UHGV virus genome: UHGV-1837213
Strand: one strand, 5' to 3'
From: a virus
DNA length: 27,443 nucleotides
Each line of letters starts with the position of its first letter. Within the stretch, counting starts at the first letter, position 1. The position numbers were made by a program, and so were the translations under genes. Under the pieces are notes generated by a model, which was not told where the DNA came from, did not search any database, and saw only the letters and a list, made by a program, of their open reading frames with translations. This document shows positions 1 to 9,162 of this stretch, one piece after another.

Positions 1-65
1 CTTTCCAGAACCATACGAATCGCCCGCTGACGGACTTCGGGGGAAAAACGAGTATTTTTAGTCAT
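1..65 (-). CDS. IS3-family transposase OrfA, N-terminal fragment (truncated by window edge)
   Basis: ATG at 65-63 followed by an open frame to the window edge; N-terminal peptide as above. Confidence 0.65.
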   Translation of the reverse strand, partial: MTKNTRFSPEVRQRAIRMVLE

Positions 66-119
66 CCTGTTTACCTCTTTCTCAGGGAGTTTAGTCTCCA
101 GGATTTCCGGGGCGGTTCA
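1..119 (-). mobile_element. Partial IS3-family insertion sequence (IS629/IS1203-like), left terminus and start of orfA; element continues beyond the left window edge
   Basis: Minus-strand translation from the ATG at 65-63 gives MTKNTRFSPEVRQRAIRMVLE, which I recognise as the N-terminus of IS3-family OrfA (IS629/IS1203 group). The reverse complement of 111-119 is TGAACCGCC, consistent with an IS3-family terminus beginning with TG. No comparison to a reference was possible. Confidence 0.7.
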
Positions 120-3100
120 CATAAGCTGATCGGCTTTGTCCAGAGCCTTCTGGTATCCGGCTGCCAGTTTCTGTTGCGCTGCCTGTTCCTTCTTGGCCGC
201 ACGCTGCGAGGCGTTAGCTGATCGTTGGGCTGCTTTCTCGGCGGCTGCGGCATCCTGTTCACGAGCTTTAGTCAGTGCAGCAATGGCTGCGGCACGCTCT
301 TCATCGCTCATTTTCTCCAGAGAGCTGGCGCTGGATGCTTTCTGCAAATTAAGCTGCGTCTTGAGTTGTTTAGGCCCAATAATCGGCTTACCTTCGAAGT
401 CCATCATCGGAGTGCCGTCAGGCAAAGTACGTTGATAAGTCGCAGAATCCATCTGGTTTCGCATATATTGCGCCAGCGCCTTCTGAGCAGCTTTATCAGT
501 TGTACCTAACCCAAGAACAGTCCCCTGGTTTGACATTACGCCCTTACCAGTTTTGGCCGCGTTATCTCTCTCGAACTCTGCCTGAGTCAGCTCCTGAGCA
601 ACGGCTTCCAAATGCTCCTGATAACCACGAATACTGCCTTGCAGTTTCTGGATCTGCTCGGTATTTCCATCCTTTTTGGCTTTTTCAAGCTGATCATTAA
701 GAGTCGCAATTTGCTTCTCGGTCGCATTCTTACGAGAAGAAAGTGAATCAACCAGTTTTTGCGCAGGCTCCAGATAGCTTTTGTTTACCGTTTCACGTAA
801 CGGTGCCAATAGCTTGTTCTTTTCGTCATCTGAAAGTGAACCGTCATCATTGATTTTCTGGATCTTATCCAGAGCCTCTTGCCGGGCTTTCACGAATGTT
901 GCCGCGAAAATCTGGTTTTCCGCTCGAATTTTCTCAATCTGAGATTCGGCAGCCTCTTTAGCCAAACGCTTTGCTACAGCGCCGTCACCAAGAGCTATCG
1001 TGCCGGTTATCTTTTGATACTCCTCCTGATTTTTTTTCAGGCGTGCTTCGATGTCAGCCTTCGACTCTTTGTGAGTAATAACACCGGCAGAGTTAGATAC
1101 GTAATTAACACCCTCACCAGTTTTTAATGCTCGTTGATCAGCAAGAATCTGCTTTTCGAGCTTTTCTGCGCGGTCGGCCATTTGTGCACGTTTGGCCGCT
1201 GTCATCGCTTCTGGTATTTTCCTAATCTCGTCAACGACCTTTGAAGTTTCGCTGCGGAGCATGGTCATGTACGTGATTAGGCCAGCAACAGCTACAGTGG
1301 CAACTGTAAATGCTGCCCCTATAGGGTTTGCTGCAATGAACGCCGTTAATCCAGCAAAAGCGCCTTTAAGCCCCGTAATCGCCCCACGGATGGCGAAAAT
1401 AAGAGAGGGGATCGGAGCCAGCCCCATACGTGCCGCACGATTGAATCGAGTTACTGCTGTAGCGCCGAGGTTAAATGGAGTCTGTATGGCGGTCGCCATC
1501 GTGGCAAAGGTGCTAACCATCTGGCTCCCAGCGCCAACTACCCCCATGATCCCTGCTCGCATCAGTTTGAACGCAACCATCGCGGCCACGACCTTACCGA
1601 GATTAATTACCAGCTCTTGGTTCTTTGCTAACCATTGAGCAAGCTGACGCAACCCATCGATTGCCGTTGTTAACCCCGAACCTAAAGAATTGGCAAACGA
1701 AATCCCTTCGGCGCTATTCATGATTGAAGCCAGTTCTTTCATCCCCTTCGATAGAGAATCCAGATATCCGGCCTGACCAACCCGATCAGCAAATAACGTG
1801 AATGACGTCTGAAGTTGCGCCAGCGCACCTGTGTAGGTTTGCATCATGTCTTTCGCTGCGTTCTCATTCTCCGCACGCAGACCAACAAACATCAGAGACA
1901 ACGCCTGTTTTGCCTCAACCGTACCGCTGGCAACGGCTTTAGTCAGTTCCCCCATAGTGATGCCTGCGGCGTCTGCCATTGCCTGCATCGCGTTAGGAAC
2001 GGCTTCACCTAATTGCTGACGTAGCTCTTCCATTGACACAACGCCCTTACCGGACATCTGCTGAACGGCCACAGCCGCACGTTTCAACAGCTCACTATCA
2101 CCACCAAAACGAGCAACGGAGTCCACCAGCGCCTTCAGAGAACCATCGGTTGGATCTAAGCCAGCAGAACGAAACTTCACGAAGGAGTCTGTTAACGCCT
2201 GCATCGCGAACGGCGCATTTTGAGCCATGTCTACGATGTACTTCATATCATCAGCGGCAGCCTGGCCCGGGTTGGACTTCTCCTTATTCAACCCTCGAAG
2301 CATCACCCGCATACGTTCCATTTCGGCCGCAGCTTCAACAATAGGCTTCTGCCACCCAAACATGATGTCAGTAACCGTTCTGGCTGCATCTCCGATCTCG
2401 CCAAGCAGGAAAATGTTGCCACGCAGGCCAGAGAACATACCTCCTTCGTTACTTTTACCGCTATGGCCAGAAGCGCCGCTACGCCGCCCGCTACCACCAT
2501 CACCACTTCCAGATGTACGAACGCGTACCGGCTTGCTAATCAGTTGCTGACGTCCGATAACTTCGTCCATCTGCTCACGAACCTTTTTCAGTCCCTCGGC
2601 AGCCTGACTCGTTGTGACACCCCAATTACTGAGTCGCTTCGTCGTGGTATTAAGGCGCGTATTCATGCCACTCACGGACGCAGAGGCTTCTTTGACCTCC
2701 GTACCAAAGCGGCTTGCGCTTTTGCTTGCATAGGTCGCCCAATCAGAGAAATCATTTAGCTCTGATTGCACTTTACGTAATGACGCGGTGAGTTTATCTA
2801 CTGAAGAAGTTGTCGTATCGACGCGCTCAATCAGGGCTTTAAGACCAGAATTGAGGCTGGTGATGTTGCCACGCATTTTACGCGTAGCATCTGAAGCAAG
2901 CTCAAAACAGGCAGCTACATCCTGTAGTTTATCTGCCGTAGAATCGAGCTTGCTTTCCAGAACGCCAATGATACGGGCGACCGAACCCAAAGAGCGTTCA
3001 AAGGTTTGGATTTTTTGAGCAGGCTTTGTTACCTGCTCACCAAATCGAGTAAGCAGTTTCCCCGCACGATCGATTGACGCTGTAAACTGTTTGTCTTCCA

Positions 3101-3152
3101 GCGACAGGATAAACTCTACGTTTTGTGACATTCCCTTGTCATCCTCTGCCAA
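117..3152 (-). CDS. Tail tape measure protein, about 1011 aa; 3-prime end coincides with the IS terminus and may be truncated
   Basis: Very long ORF rich in Ala/Gln/Lys/Glu with coiled-coil character and a central hydrophobic Gly/Ala-rich segment. It sits directly downstream of the tail chaperone pair and major tail gene. Its stop codon TGA (119-117) is formed by the first bases of the IS end. An alternative start at 3131 (MSQNV, GAGGA upstream) is possible. Confidence 0.85.
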   Translation of the reverse strand: MAEDDKGMSQNVEFILSLEDKQFTASIDRAGKLLTRFGEQVTKPAQKIQTFERSLGSVARIIGVLESKLDSTADKLQDVAACFELASDATRKMRGNITSLNSGLKALIERVDTTTSSVDKLTASLRKVQSELNDFSDWATYASKSASRFGTEVKEASASVSGMNTRLNTTTKRLSNWGVTTSQAAEGLKKVREQMDEVIGRQQLISKPVRVRTSGSGDGGSGRRSGASGHSGKSNEGGMFSGLRGNIFLLGEIGDAARTVTDIMFGWQKPIVEAAAEMERMRVMLRGLNKEKSNPGQAAADDMKYIVDMAQNAPFAMQALTDSFVKFRSAGLDPTDGSLKALVDSVARFGGDSELLKRAAVAVQQMSGKGVVSMEELRQQLGEAVPNAMQAMADAAGITMGELTKAVASGTVEAKQALSLMFVGLRAENENAAKDMMQTYTGALAQLQTSFTLFADRVGQAGYLDSLSKGMKELASIMNSAEGISFANSLGSGLTTAIDGLRQLAQWLAKNQELVINLGKVVAAMVAFKLMRAGIMGVVGAGSQMVSTFATMATAIQTPFNLGATAVTRFNRAARMGLAPIPSLIFAIRGAITGLKGAFAGLTAFIAANPIGAAFTVATVAVAGLITYMTMLRSETSKVVDEIRKIPEAMTAAKRAQMADRAEKLEKQILADQRALKTGEGVNYVSNSAGVITHKESKADIEARLKKNQEEYQKITGTIALGDGAVAKRLAKEAAESQIEKIRAENQIFAATFVKARQEALDKIQKINDDGSLSDDEKNKLLAPLRETVNKSYLEPAQKLVDSLSSRKNATEKQIATLNDQLEKAKKDGNTEQIQKLQGSIRGYQEHLEAVAQELTQAEFERDNAAKTGKGVMSNQGTVLGLGTTDKAAQKALAQYMRNQMDSATYQRTLPDGTPMMDFEGKPIIGPKQLKTQLNLQKASSASSLEKMSDEERAAAIAALTKAREQDAAAAEKAAQRSANASQRAAKKEQAAQQKLAAGYQKALDKADQLM

Positions 3153-3525
3153 ATATTTGCATCAGTTGCTCTTTGGCGTCAGGGTCTGCCTTATCCTGGC
3201 TTGGATCGTAGACTTTATCTGTTACGACTGGTCTTCCAATCCTGAGTTGCAAACCCTCCATGAACGCCTTCACAGCCTCGCCATCCGCCTGGGACGCACG
3301 AGCGACTTGTAAGTTGCGGACATCCTCTTCCGCACGCAGACGGTCTATATTGCGACTGAGCATCCAGAACATCGTGAGAGGAACGTTCAGTAGCTCTAAT
3401 GGCGACACGGCGTAGTGAGCAACTACACGACTGAAATAGAATCCGAGATCTATTGAGACGGTCCTTGTCCCGGATTCATCGCGGGAAATTACTTTGCCCC
3501 TTCGCCAGCCGCTTTTTCGTTTTCT
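3139..3525 (-). CDS. Tail assembly chaperone frameshift extension (T-like part of a G/GT pair)
   Basis: This frame is open from 3525 to the stop at 3139. It is in the -1 frame relative to the upstream chaperone ORF and overlaps its last 11 codons. The overlap contains an A-rich slippery stretch (GAAAAAG). No good independent start or RBS was found. Confidence 0.5.
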   Translation of the reverse strand, partial: RKRKSGWRRGKVISRDESGTRTVSIDLGFYFSRVVAHYAVSPLELLNVPLTMFWMLSRNIDRLRAEEDVRNLQVARASQADGEAVKAFMEGLQLRIGRPVVTDKVYDPSQDKADPDAKEQLMQIFGRG

Positions 3526-3806
3526 TCATCAATCACTTCCATAGCGAAGGTGAAGATCTGCTGGAGTTGCGGAACAGTCAGTTTTTCAAGAACTTCGTCA
3601 GGTACTGAAGGGATAACCTTACGAACCAGATCTGCATAAGCTGTCACTTGCTCAACAGGAGACATGTTCATGAGATCTTTACCTTCCATCTGCTTGATGG
3701 AAACGAACAGACCTACCGTCATTTCAACGATGGGATATTCCTGACCGCCAAATTTGATGCTTTTCTTCGGAGGCAGAATGGAATCGAGATCGAGTAATTT
3801 GGTCAT
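3489..3806 (-). CDS. Tail assembly chaperone (gpG-like), 105 aa
   Basis: Small acidic ORF between the major tail protein and tape measure genes, with a downstream overlapping -1 frame ORF. The position is conserved in siphoviruses. Confidence 0.65.
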   Translation of the reverse strand: MTKLLDLDSILPPKKSIKFGGQEYPIVEMTVGLFVSIKQMEGKDLMNMSPVEQVTAYADLVRKVIPSVPDEVLEKLTVPQLQQIFTFAMEVIDEENEKAAGEGAK

Positions 3807-3815
3807 TGGTTAAAA

Positions 3816-3842
3816 TCCTTTTAAAAGAGAGGCCCATCCTGA
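3816..3842 (-). terminator. Hairpin with T-rich tail between the major tail and chaperone genes (probable attenuator)
   Basis: Inverted repeat AGAGGC...GCCTCT followed on the minus strand by CTTTTAAAAGG. Confidence 0.4.
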
Positions 3843-3861
3843 GCCTCTGCTTAATTACTGA

Positions 3862-4608
3862 TTAATCTGCGGGGTTAATCGTTACTGACTTAGTTGCCTT
3901 CTTACCACCGCTATTGCTGGTGAAGGAGATATTTGTAGAACCCTGCGCCACACCACGTACCAGACCCGTTTGATCTACCGTGGCCTTTTCCTGGTCTTCG
4001 GATTCCCAAACACCGGTTTTGTCTGCGGCATCAGCTGGAGTGATTTCGGCTGTCAGTTGCACAGTTTCTCCAGCTTTTACGGTTGGAGATTCCGGTGAGA
4101 TCGACACAGTTTTTACCGGTTTAGGACCGCTCATTTTGCCCAGAACGCCTTCATCATCCGGGTATGCGCTGAACTGAACAGAGAACACACGAACATCATC
4201 AGACTGGTAGGTCATAGTGAAGTTGCCCGCGGTTGCCGCTTTCGGGATGGTCAACACATAGTCGGTGGTGTCCTGCGGAGTCAGAACCAGCTCCTTCGCC
4301 ACATCAATCAGGTTAACGCCCTGTGCAGATGTGATCGTGACAGAGTTGTCATCTTCGCTCAGAGTAGAACCAGGCATCAGGTCAACCATGTTTTGGAGTA
4401 CAGACTCAGCCAGAGGCGCGGTGATGGTAATGTTGCGCCCCTGAACTAATTCGGAAATTACGGTCTGCCCCAACTGATCGACGGTGACTTTCAGCGTTTC
4501 AGTGGCTACTTCAACCTGAACACCACCTTTGGTGTAACCCAAATCCACACCACCAAACGACACCTTACAGGCACCAAGTTTGATGTTTTTTACATGGGTA
4601 TTAGACAT
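3862..4608 (-). CDS. Major tail protein with C-terminal Ig-like (Big_2-type) domain
   Basis: ORF track 3862..4644; the internal ATG at 4608 (MSNTHVKN) has a strong AAGGAG RBS. The C-terminal region (TVKAGETVQLTAEITPADAADKTGVWESEDQEKATVDQTGLVRGVAQGSTNISF) looks like a bacterial Ig-like group 2 domain. It is followed by a hairpin terminator/attenuator. Confidence 0.8.
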   Translation of the reverse strand: MSNTHVKNIKLGACKVSFGGVDLGYTKGGVQVEVATETLKVTVDQLGQTVISELVQGRNITITAPLAESVLQNMVDLMPGSTLSEDDNSVTITSAQGVNLIDVAKELVLTPQDTTDYVLTIPKAATAGNFTMTYQSDDVRVFSVQFSAYPDDEGVLGKMSGPKPVKTVSISPESPTVKAGETVQLTAEITPADAADKTGVWESEDQEKATVDQTGLVRGVAQGSTNISFTSNSGGKKATKSVTINPAD

Positions 4609-4682
4609 TGATGGAAAACTCCTTTTTCCGTTAATTCTACGCATTCATTGCGCTAATAGTAAGTATATACTTACTAATTGAG

Positions 4683-5066
4683 TTAATTCAATAAATAGCC
4701 AGCAAATTCAACAGGAATGCCTGCTTCTATTAATGCCCCATCATTTTTGGGATAAATGATTGGCATCGCCATCGGTCGTACAAGTCGAAAATAAACACCA
4801 CCAGATTCCGTTTCCTCTACTGGAAACATCTCAATGATTTTATTGGCTTTCTCAACCGTCGTAGTAATTGACGAACCACGCACAATTATTGTGAATGATT
4901 CGTGGTAAAAGCCCTGTAGCTCATGATCGATGCTGATACCGGTATTTGGGTTAATAAGCAGGACGCCAGATTTCACATTGGCAGGCAAGTAGTGACAGAA
5001 AATGTCAGTCCCGACCGTGCCAATCTTTGCCTTCTGCATCAAACTTGCAAACGCTTCAATAAACAC
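4683..5066 (-). CDS. Hypothetical tail/neck-associated protein (ORF track 4683..5189; start probably GTG at 5066)
   Basis: The long ORF overlaps the upstream gene by more than 120 nt. A GTG at 5066 lies just after the upstream stop and is preceded by GAGAGG. Confidence 0.5.
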   Translation of the reverse strand: MFIEAFASLMQKAKIGTVGTDIFCHYLPANVKSGVLLINPNTGISIDHELQGFYHESFTIIVRGSSITTTVEKANKIIEMFPVEETESGGVYFRLVRPMAMPIIYPKNDGALIEAGIPVEFAGYLLN

Positions 5067-5067
5067 A

Positions 5068-5541
5068 TTAACCTCTCGTAAATCCGGCTTTTCTGGCAGC
5101 CTCAAGAATCGCTTCTGAGAACTGCTTCTCGCTAATTTCCACCGCTCTTTCCAGAAAGTGTGGCCCAACACGGGGTTTAACACCGGCAATTGGTGGGTTT
5201 GTCACGTTCTTCATTCGAGAAAGATAACCGAGTCGGTATTTACCCAGCTCCATGTACTTAGCATAGTCACCGACTTCTACGCCCGGATGCCCCTGACGTG
5301 GTTTTGCTCCAGACACAGAAAGCTCAATGCGCAGCCCTGAATAACCTTCTTTAATCACCCTGGCAAAGATGGCTGTCTCCAGAGATCCGGTTTCCAGCGG
5401 GGCCATTGCACGGCTGAGACGCTCAACCAAACGCGCCAGCTTTTCCATGTCCCGAATAAGATATCGCTTAAATGCTTTCTGGCTGTTATTGAGTCTATTC
5501 CCCGCACGTTTGAACTGATGCGCATCATATTTCAGACCCAT
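5068..5541 (-). CDS. Hypothetical head-tail joining/neck protein, 157 aa
   Basis: ORF in the late operon between the head and tail genes; its start overlaps the upstream gene end. Basic protein. Confidence 0.55.
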   Translation of the reverse strand: MGLKYDAHQFKRAGNRLNNSQKAFKRYLIRDMEKLARLVERLSRAMAPLETGSLETAIFARVIKEGYSGLRIELSVSGAKPRQGHPGVEVGDYAKYMELGKYRLGYLSRMKNVTNPPIAGVKPRVGPHFLERAVEISEKQFSEAILEAARKAGFTRG

Positions 5542-5876
5542 ATATTCGCCCCCACTTCAAGATGCCCAGGTCTTCCTCGTAGCCCCCAGCGGCGATGAAC
5601 ACTGGACACCTTTAATTTTTGACCTTCAAGGATCAGCACATCATCAAGTTGTACAGCCGCTTCTAAAGGGACAACTAACACAGCATCAAACAGCTCCAGA
5701 CTCGCCTTACCACGACTACCAGAGCTATCAGCACGAACTGACGATTTCTCATTACTCTGTTCGAACTTAACCACGCCGACATTCGTCTTCCTGACGAATT
5801 GTAATTGCGCCTCGCCGTATACGTTCTTTGCGCCAAAGCGGTAGATCGCAATTTCTGTTTGCCATGAAATATTCAT
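5532..5876 (-). CDS. Hypothetical head-tail connector protein (ORF track 5532..5972; start probably ATG at 5876)
   Basis: The internal ATG at 5876 is preceded by GGAGAG at good spacing. The longer version would overlap the upstream gene. Confidence 0.55.
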   Translation of the reverse strand: MNISWQTEIAIYRFGAKNVYGEAQLQFVRKTNVGVVKFEQSNEKSSVRADSSGSRGKASLELFDAVLVVPLEAAVQLDDVLILEGQKLKVSSVHRRWGLRGRPGHLEVGANIWV

Positions 5877-5955
5877 GCTCTCTCCCTGTTGTTGTCGGTC
5901 GCTCTCATTACTGGCCAAAAACCCTTTCGACCAAAAGTAAATAATGCGACTGGCG

Positions 5956-6789
5956 TTACGCACGGCGAACAATCATACGGTTGTTGATGTAACTGACCAG
6001 CAAGCGCCAGGTACTACGAGCCACATGCACGTTTGCAGCTTTACCGGTACGGTACATGTTGGTTGTTTCACCGATGGACTCTGACAAAATGCCATCCTCT
6101 CGTGCTGCGGCTACATCATTGCCATTTGCGATCTCACACGCTTCGTTGACAACGGCAAGCATCAACGCTTCTTTGAAGTAGTCAGGGAACTCTTCAAACT
6201 TCTCCTGCGTCATCTTTTCCCAATCGACTAAATCATGCCGGTACGCTCCATCTGCTCCCCACGGAATGTCATACACATTCAGCATATTTTGAGGGCGATC
6301 GTATCGGTCAAAGTCGATACGTAGAATTTTGCGGATTGAGAACGGTAAAGTTTTAATTCGTCTGGTAGCCTCAATGAGACGCTTGCGCATTAAGCCTTCA
6401 CCATCCGACAGCAAAGTGTCCCCATTCAGCATATCGATCGCCTGCATTTGAGCATCAGCGACAGTTGCAAACGACTGTTCTGGTATCGACAGTTCAAAAC
6501 TATTCAGCAGAACATACATTTGCCGCTCTTCATGCGTCAGACCCGATGCAACAGCCTTCACAATGACGTACCGCAGATCTCGCTCTTTCTCAGAGAGCTG
6601 GTTATATTCAGCCGACACGACAACCGGAATCGACATTTGACCGCTGGTAATTTCTAGCGGCTCGCCATCAACGAGAATAGCCCCGGTGCTGTCCTTTACT
6701 GTGTAGGTAGCAGATTCGATATCCAGCACGTTGAAGGCAAATGAAAGGGAAACAGCTTCACCGCTACGATACGAGTCGATCTGCGCCAT
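5956..6789 (-). CDS. Hypothetical structural protein, 277 aa
   Basis: Long ORF in the late operon, translationally coupled to the neighbouring genes. Confidence 0.6.
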   Translation of the reverse strand: MAQIDSYRSGEAVSLSFAFNVLDIESATYTVKDSTGAILVDGEPLEITSGQMSIPVVVSAEYNQLSEKERDLRYVIVKAVASGLTHEERQMYVLLNSFELSIPEQSFATVADAQMQAIDMLNGDTLLSDGEGLMRKRLIEATRRIKTLPFSIRKILRIDFDRYDRPQNMLNVYDIPWGADGAYRHDLVDWEKMTQEKFEEFPDYFKEALMLAVVNEACEIANGNDVAAAREDGILSESIGETTNMYRTGKAANVHVARSTWRLLVSYINNRMIVRRA

Positions 6790-7223
6790 TACTCACCGCC
6801 TTGTGCTTTCAGGATGCCTTCAATCATCTCGACAATTCCTTTCGCTTTGACACCAACCTGATTACCAATCACACGTAGACCGGCAATGCCTTCATTGTCT
6901 GCAATTGACTCCAACTCTTCTCGTGTGAAAGTCTGGATCTGTTTGGCCGGTTCATCTGGTGTCCCACGTTTCATTGGCACAATGTCAGGTGCTGCTGGCT
7001 CGGTAATCAGGTCTGCGGTCAACTCGCCACGATCACTGTATGCGGCAGACGGAGAAACATTTTTGCCCTCGACTGTTGATGCTCGCATTGAGGCACAAAT
7101 CCTTTGCTGATCGATAAAAGGCAACTCCGCTACGGACACCCCGTTCTCGAACTGAACGCCGCACAACATTCCCGAATAACCGGAAAATTGCGGTTCTAAT
7201 AAAACAATTTTTGCTGGTTTCAT
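6789..7223 (-). CDS. Hypothetical structural protein, 144 aa
   Basis: ORF in the late operon; its stop overlaps the start of the downstream gene. Confidence 0.55.
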   Translation of the reverse strand: MKPAKIVLLEPQFSGYSGMLCGVQFENGVSVAELPFIDQQRICASMRASTVEGKNVSPSAAYSDRGELTADLITEPAAPDIVPMKRGTPDEPAKQIQTFTREELESIADNEGIAGLRVIGNQVGVKAKGIVEMIEGILKAQGGE

Positions 7224-7267
7224 AACGCATTCTCTCTACATGGGCGGCTTTCGCCGCCCAATATTGA

Positions 7268-8188
7268 TTATTCCTGTGCAGCAGTGACTTCTACGGTCGC
7301 TGTCGCTTTGTGGCTACCATCTTGGGTAGTAACCTCGATTGTGGCAGTACCAGCCGCAACACCAGTTACAACACCGGTTTCGCTGTCAACCGTTGCAAAC
7401 TCGGTATTTTTAGATTCCCAGGTAACGGTTTTATTTGTGGCTCCTGCCGGCTCGACATTTGCTGTCAGCTGAACAGTTTTGTTTGCCTCAACGGTTGTGC
7501 TATTTGGGTCGATTTCGACGCCGGTAACAGCCACAACAGGCGCAGTTACTTCCACCGTTGCAGTTGCCTTTTTGCTACCATCTTGGGAAACGATCTCAAT
7601 CGTCGCAGTGCCAACTTCTACACCAGTTACGTTCCCGCTCTGGTCTACCGTTGCCTTATCTTCATTTTTGGAAGACCAGGTAACAGCCTTATTCGTCGCA
7701 TTTGACGGCTGAACATTCGCTTTCAGACTGACTGATTTTCCTTTCTCAACAGAGGTTGAGTCTGGCGTTACCGTTACGGATTGAACGGCTACCGGATTTA
7801 CGGTGACTTCCACTGAAGCGGAAAGCTGGGTTTCCTGATCAGTTGCAGTAATTTTTACTTTGCCTGGGGCTACGCCAGTTACTAATCCAGTGCCGTTAAC
7901 GATTGCAATTTGGTCATTGGCTGACTTCCAGGTGAATGAACTGGCACTCTTACCCATACTAATACCTGCACTAAGTTGAACAGTTTTCCCAACCAAAACT
8001 GACGGTGAAGCCGGGGTTATGTTTACGGATTGGGAGAGGGGAACCGCCTGCAAACAAGCAGATAGCTGACTTTGTTGCCGCTCGGTTAAAGGTTCATCGG
8101 AGATAGAATTGGTAAATCCGGCACGGCACATATGCCCCGTAAAATCCGAAAATGCCTCTTCCGTAATCTTCATCTTTTGTTCTGGCAT
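7268..8188 (-). CDS. Ig-like (Big_2-type) repeat protein, probable head decoration or accessory surface protein
   Basis: Three tandem Ig-like repeats in the protein (each ending ...ATATVEVTA). GGAG RBS. Located immediately after the major capsid gene and a terminator hairpin. Confidence 0.75.
   Translation of the reverse strand: MPEQKMKITEEAFSDFTGHMCRAGFTNSISDEPLTERQQSQLSACLQAVPLSQSVNITPASPSVLVGKTVQLSAGISMGKSASSFTWKSANDQIAIVNGTGLVTGVAPGKVKITATDQETQLSASVEVTVNPVAVQSVTVTPDSTSVEKGKSVSLKANVQPSNATNKAVTWSSKNEDKATVDQSGNVTGVEVGTATIEIVSQDGSKKATATVEVTAPVVAVTGVEIDPNSTTVEANKTVQLTANVEPAGATNKTVTWESKNTEFATVDSETGVVTGVAAGTATIEVTTQDGSHKATATVEVTAAQE
7290..8020 (-). repeat. Intragenic tandem DNA repeats (about 270 bp each) encoding the Ig-like domains
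   Basis: Repeated nucleotide blocks are visible, e.g. ...ctaccatcttggg...gcagtaccag/gccaacttctacaccagttac..., matching the repeated protein domains. Confidence 0.6.
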
Positions 8189-8202
8189 TTCTCGCTCCTA
8201 CA

Positions 8203-8232
8203 AAAAGGGTGGGCGTATAGCCCACCCTTTAA
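8203..8232 (-). terminator. Rho-independent terminator/attenuator downstream of the major capsid gene
   Basis: GC-rich stem AAGGGTGGGC/GCCCACCCTT followed on the minus strand by TTTTTGTAGG. Confidence 0.6.
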
Positions 8233-8261
8233 CATAGATAACTGCTTATCTACTACACTGA

Positions 8262-9137
8262 TTAAATTTTTACATTGGTCAGTGCAGCGATAGCCTTATC
8301 GTGCTTATTCGCCAGAGAGCAGTACCACTTCACACGGGTACGTACTGCGTCTTTGTTCTGTACAGTACCAATGTTTTCAACAACGATACCTGCGTTGTCG
8401 CCGCCATACAGACCAGTAACGCCGTTCTCTTCTGACAGATGCAGGCAGTAGATGCTTGCTTTGCCAGAATCGGTCGGGATGAAGTCGTTGATAATGAACG
8501 GAACGCCGTTATGACACAGCATCGGACGACCGAAGTTCTCCATCATGATTTCAGACGGGCCTACGTTTACTGTACGCAGCAGCGCACGGTAAGCACGCAG
8601 GTGCTCTGAACGCATCATGATGCAGTCAGCACCAAGATCTTTCACCGCATCGACCAGTTCGTCGAACATGGAGAAAGTCATAGATGCACCTGCGATGTCG
8701 ATCTTCTGATCTTCATGCATCAGGCGTGGAATGCCGTCGAACGCTTTGCTGTTAGAGCTTGAGTCGCCCAAAATCAGGTTGCGACGGAACGCACGAGCCA
8801 GACCTTTAACTTTCTGGCGAACCTGAATTGCCAGTTGGTTATTAGTGTCTGACATGGTGGTTGCCAGGAATTTATCAACGTCTACGTCACCAGCCAGAAT
8901 ACGCAGTTTCGCTACATGTTCTGTGAAGGTTGCTGCACCTTCAGTGATGGTGTCGTTTACATCAATAAACGTGGCTTCGCTCAGAGTAGCCTCACGGTTG
9001 TACAGATATGCCTTTGAAGTAATTTTCATAAAAGGCAGGATGGCGAACAGGTCATCGCGATCGATAATAGTTTCGATCACACCCTGCTCAAGTTCGTTGT
9101 TAGACAGCTTTTCAGCTTCATCACGCAGTAATGGCAT
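8262..9137 (-). CDS. Major capsid protein, 291 aa
   Basis: Position after the scaffold gene and before the terminator and decoration gene; RBS AAGGGA; size and composition typical. Confidence 0.75.
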   Translation of the reverse strand: MPLLRDEAEKLSNNELEQGVIETIIDRDDLFAILPFMKITSKAYLYNREATLSEATFIDVNDTITEGAATFTEHVAKLRILAGDVDVDKFLATTMSDTNNQLAIQVRQKVKGLARAFRRNLILGDSSSNSKAFDGIPRLMHEDQKIDIAGASMTFSMFDELVDAVKDLGADCIMMRSEHLRAYRALLRTVNVGPSEIMMENFGRPMLCHNGVPFIINDFIPTDSGKASIYCLHLSEENGVTGLYGGDNAGIVVENIGTVQNKDAVRTRVKWYCSLANKHDKAIAALTNVKI

Positions 9138-9162
9138 CTATCAATTCCCTTTGATTTAGATG

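Noticed and set aside
71-262. 63-aa minus-strand ORF spanning the IS terminus and tape measure 3-prime end
   Set aside because: It crosses the IS boundary and overlaps the tape measure reading frame; basic low-complexity product; most likely spurious.
136-3018. Multiple plus-strand ORFs (for example 1192..1638 and 2220..2759) antisense to the tape measure gene
   Set aside because: Embedded in the opposite strand of a long coding region with biased composition; no RBS or operon context; typical antisense artefacts.
7284-7712. Plus-strand ORFs antisense to the Ig-like repeat gene
   Set aside because: They arise from the repetitive Thr/Val/Ala-rich coding sequence on the other strand; no start context.
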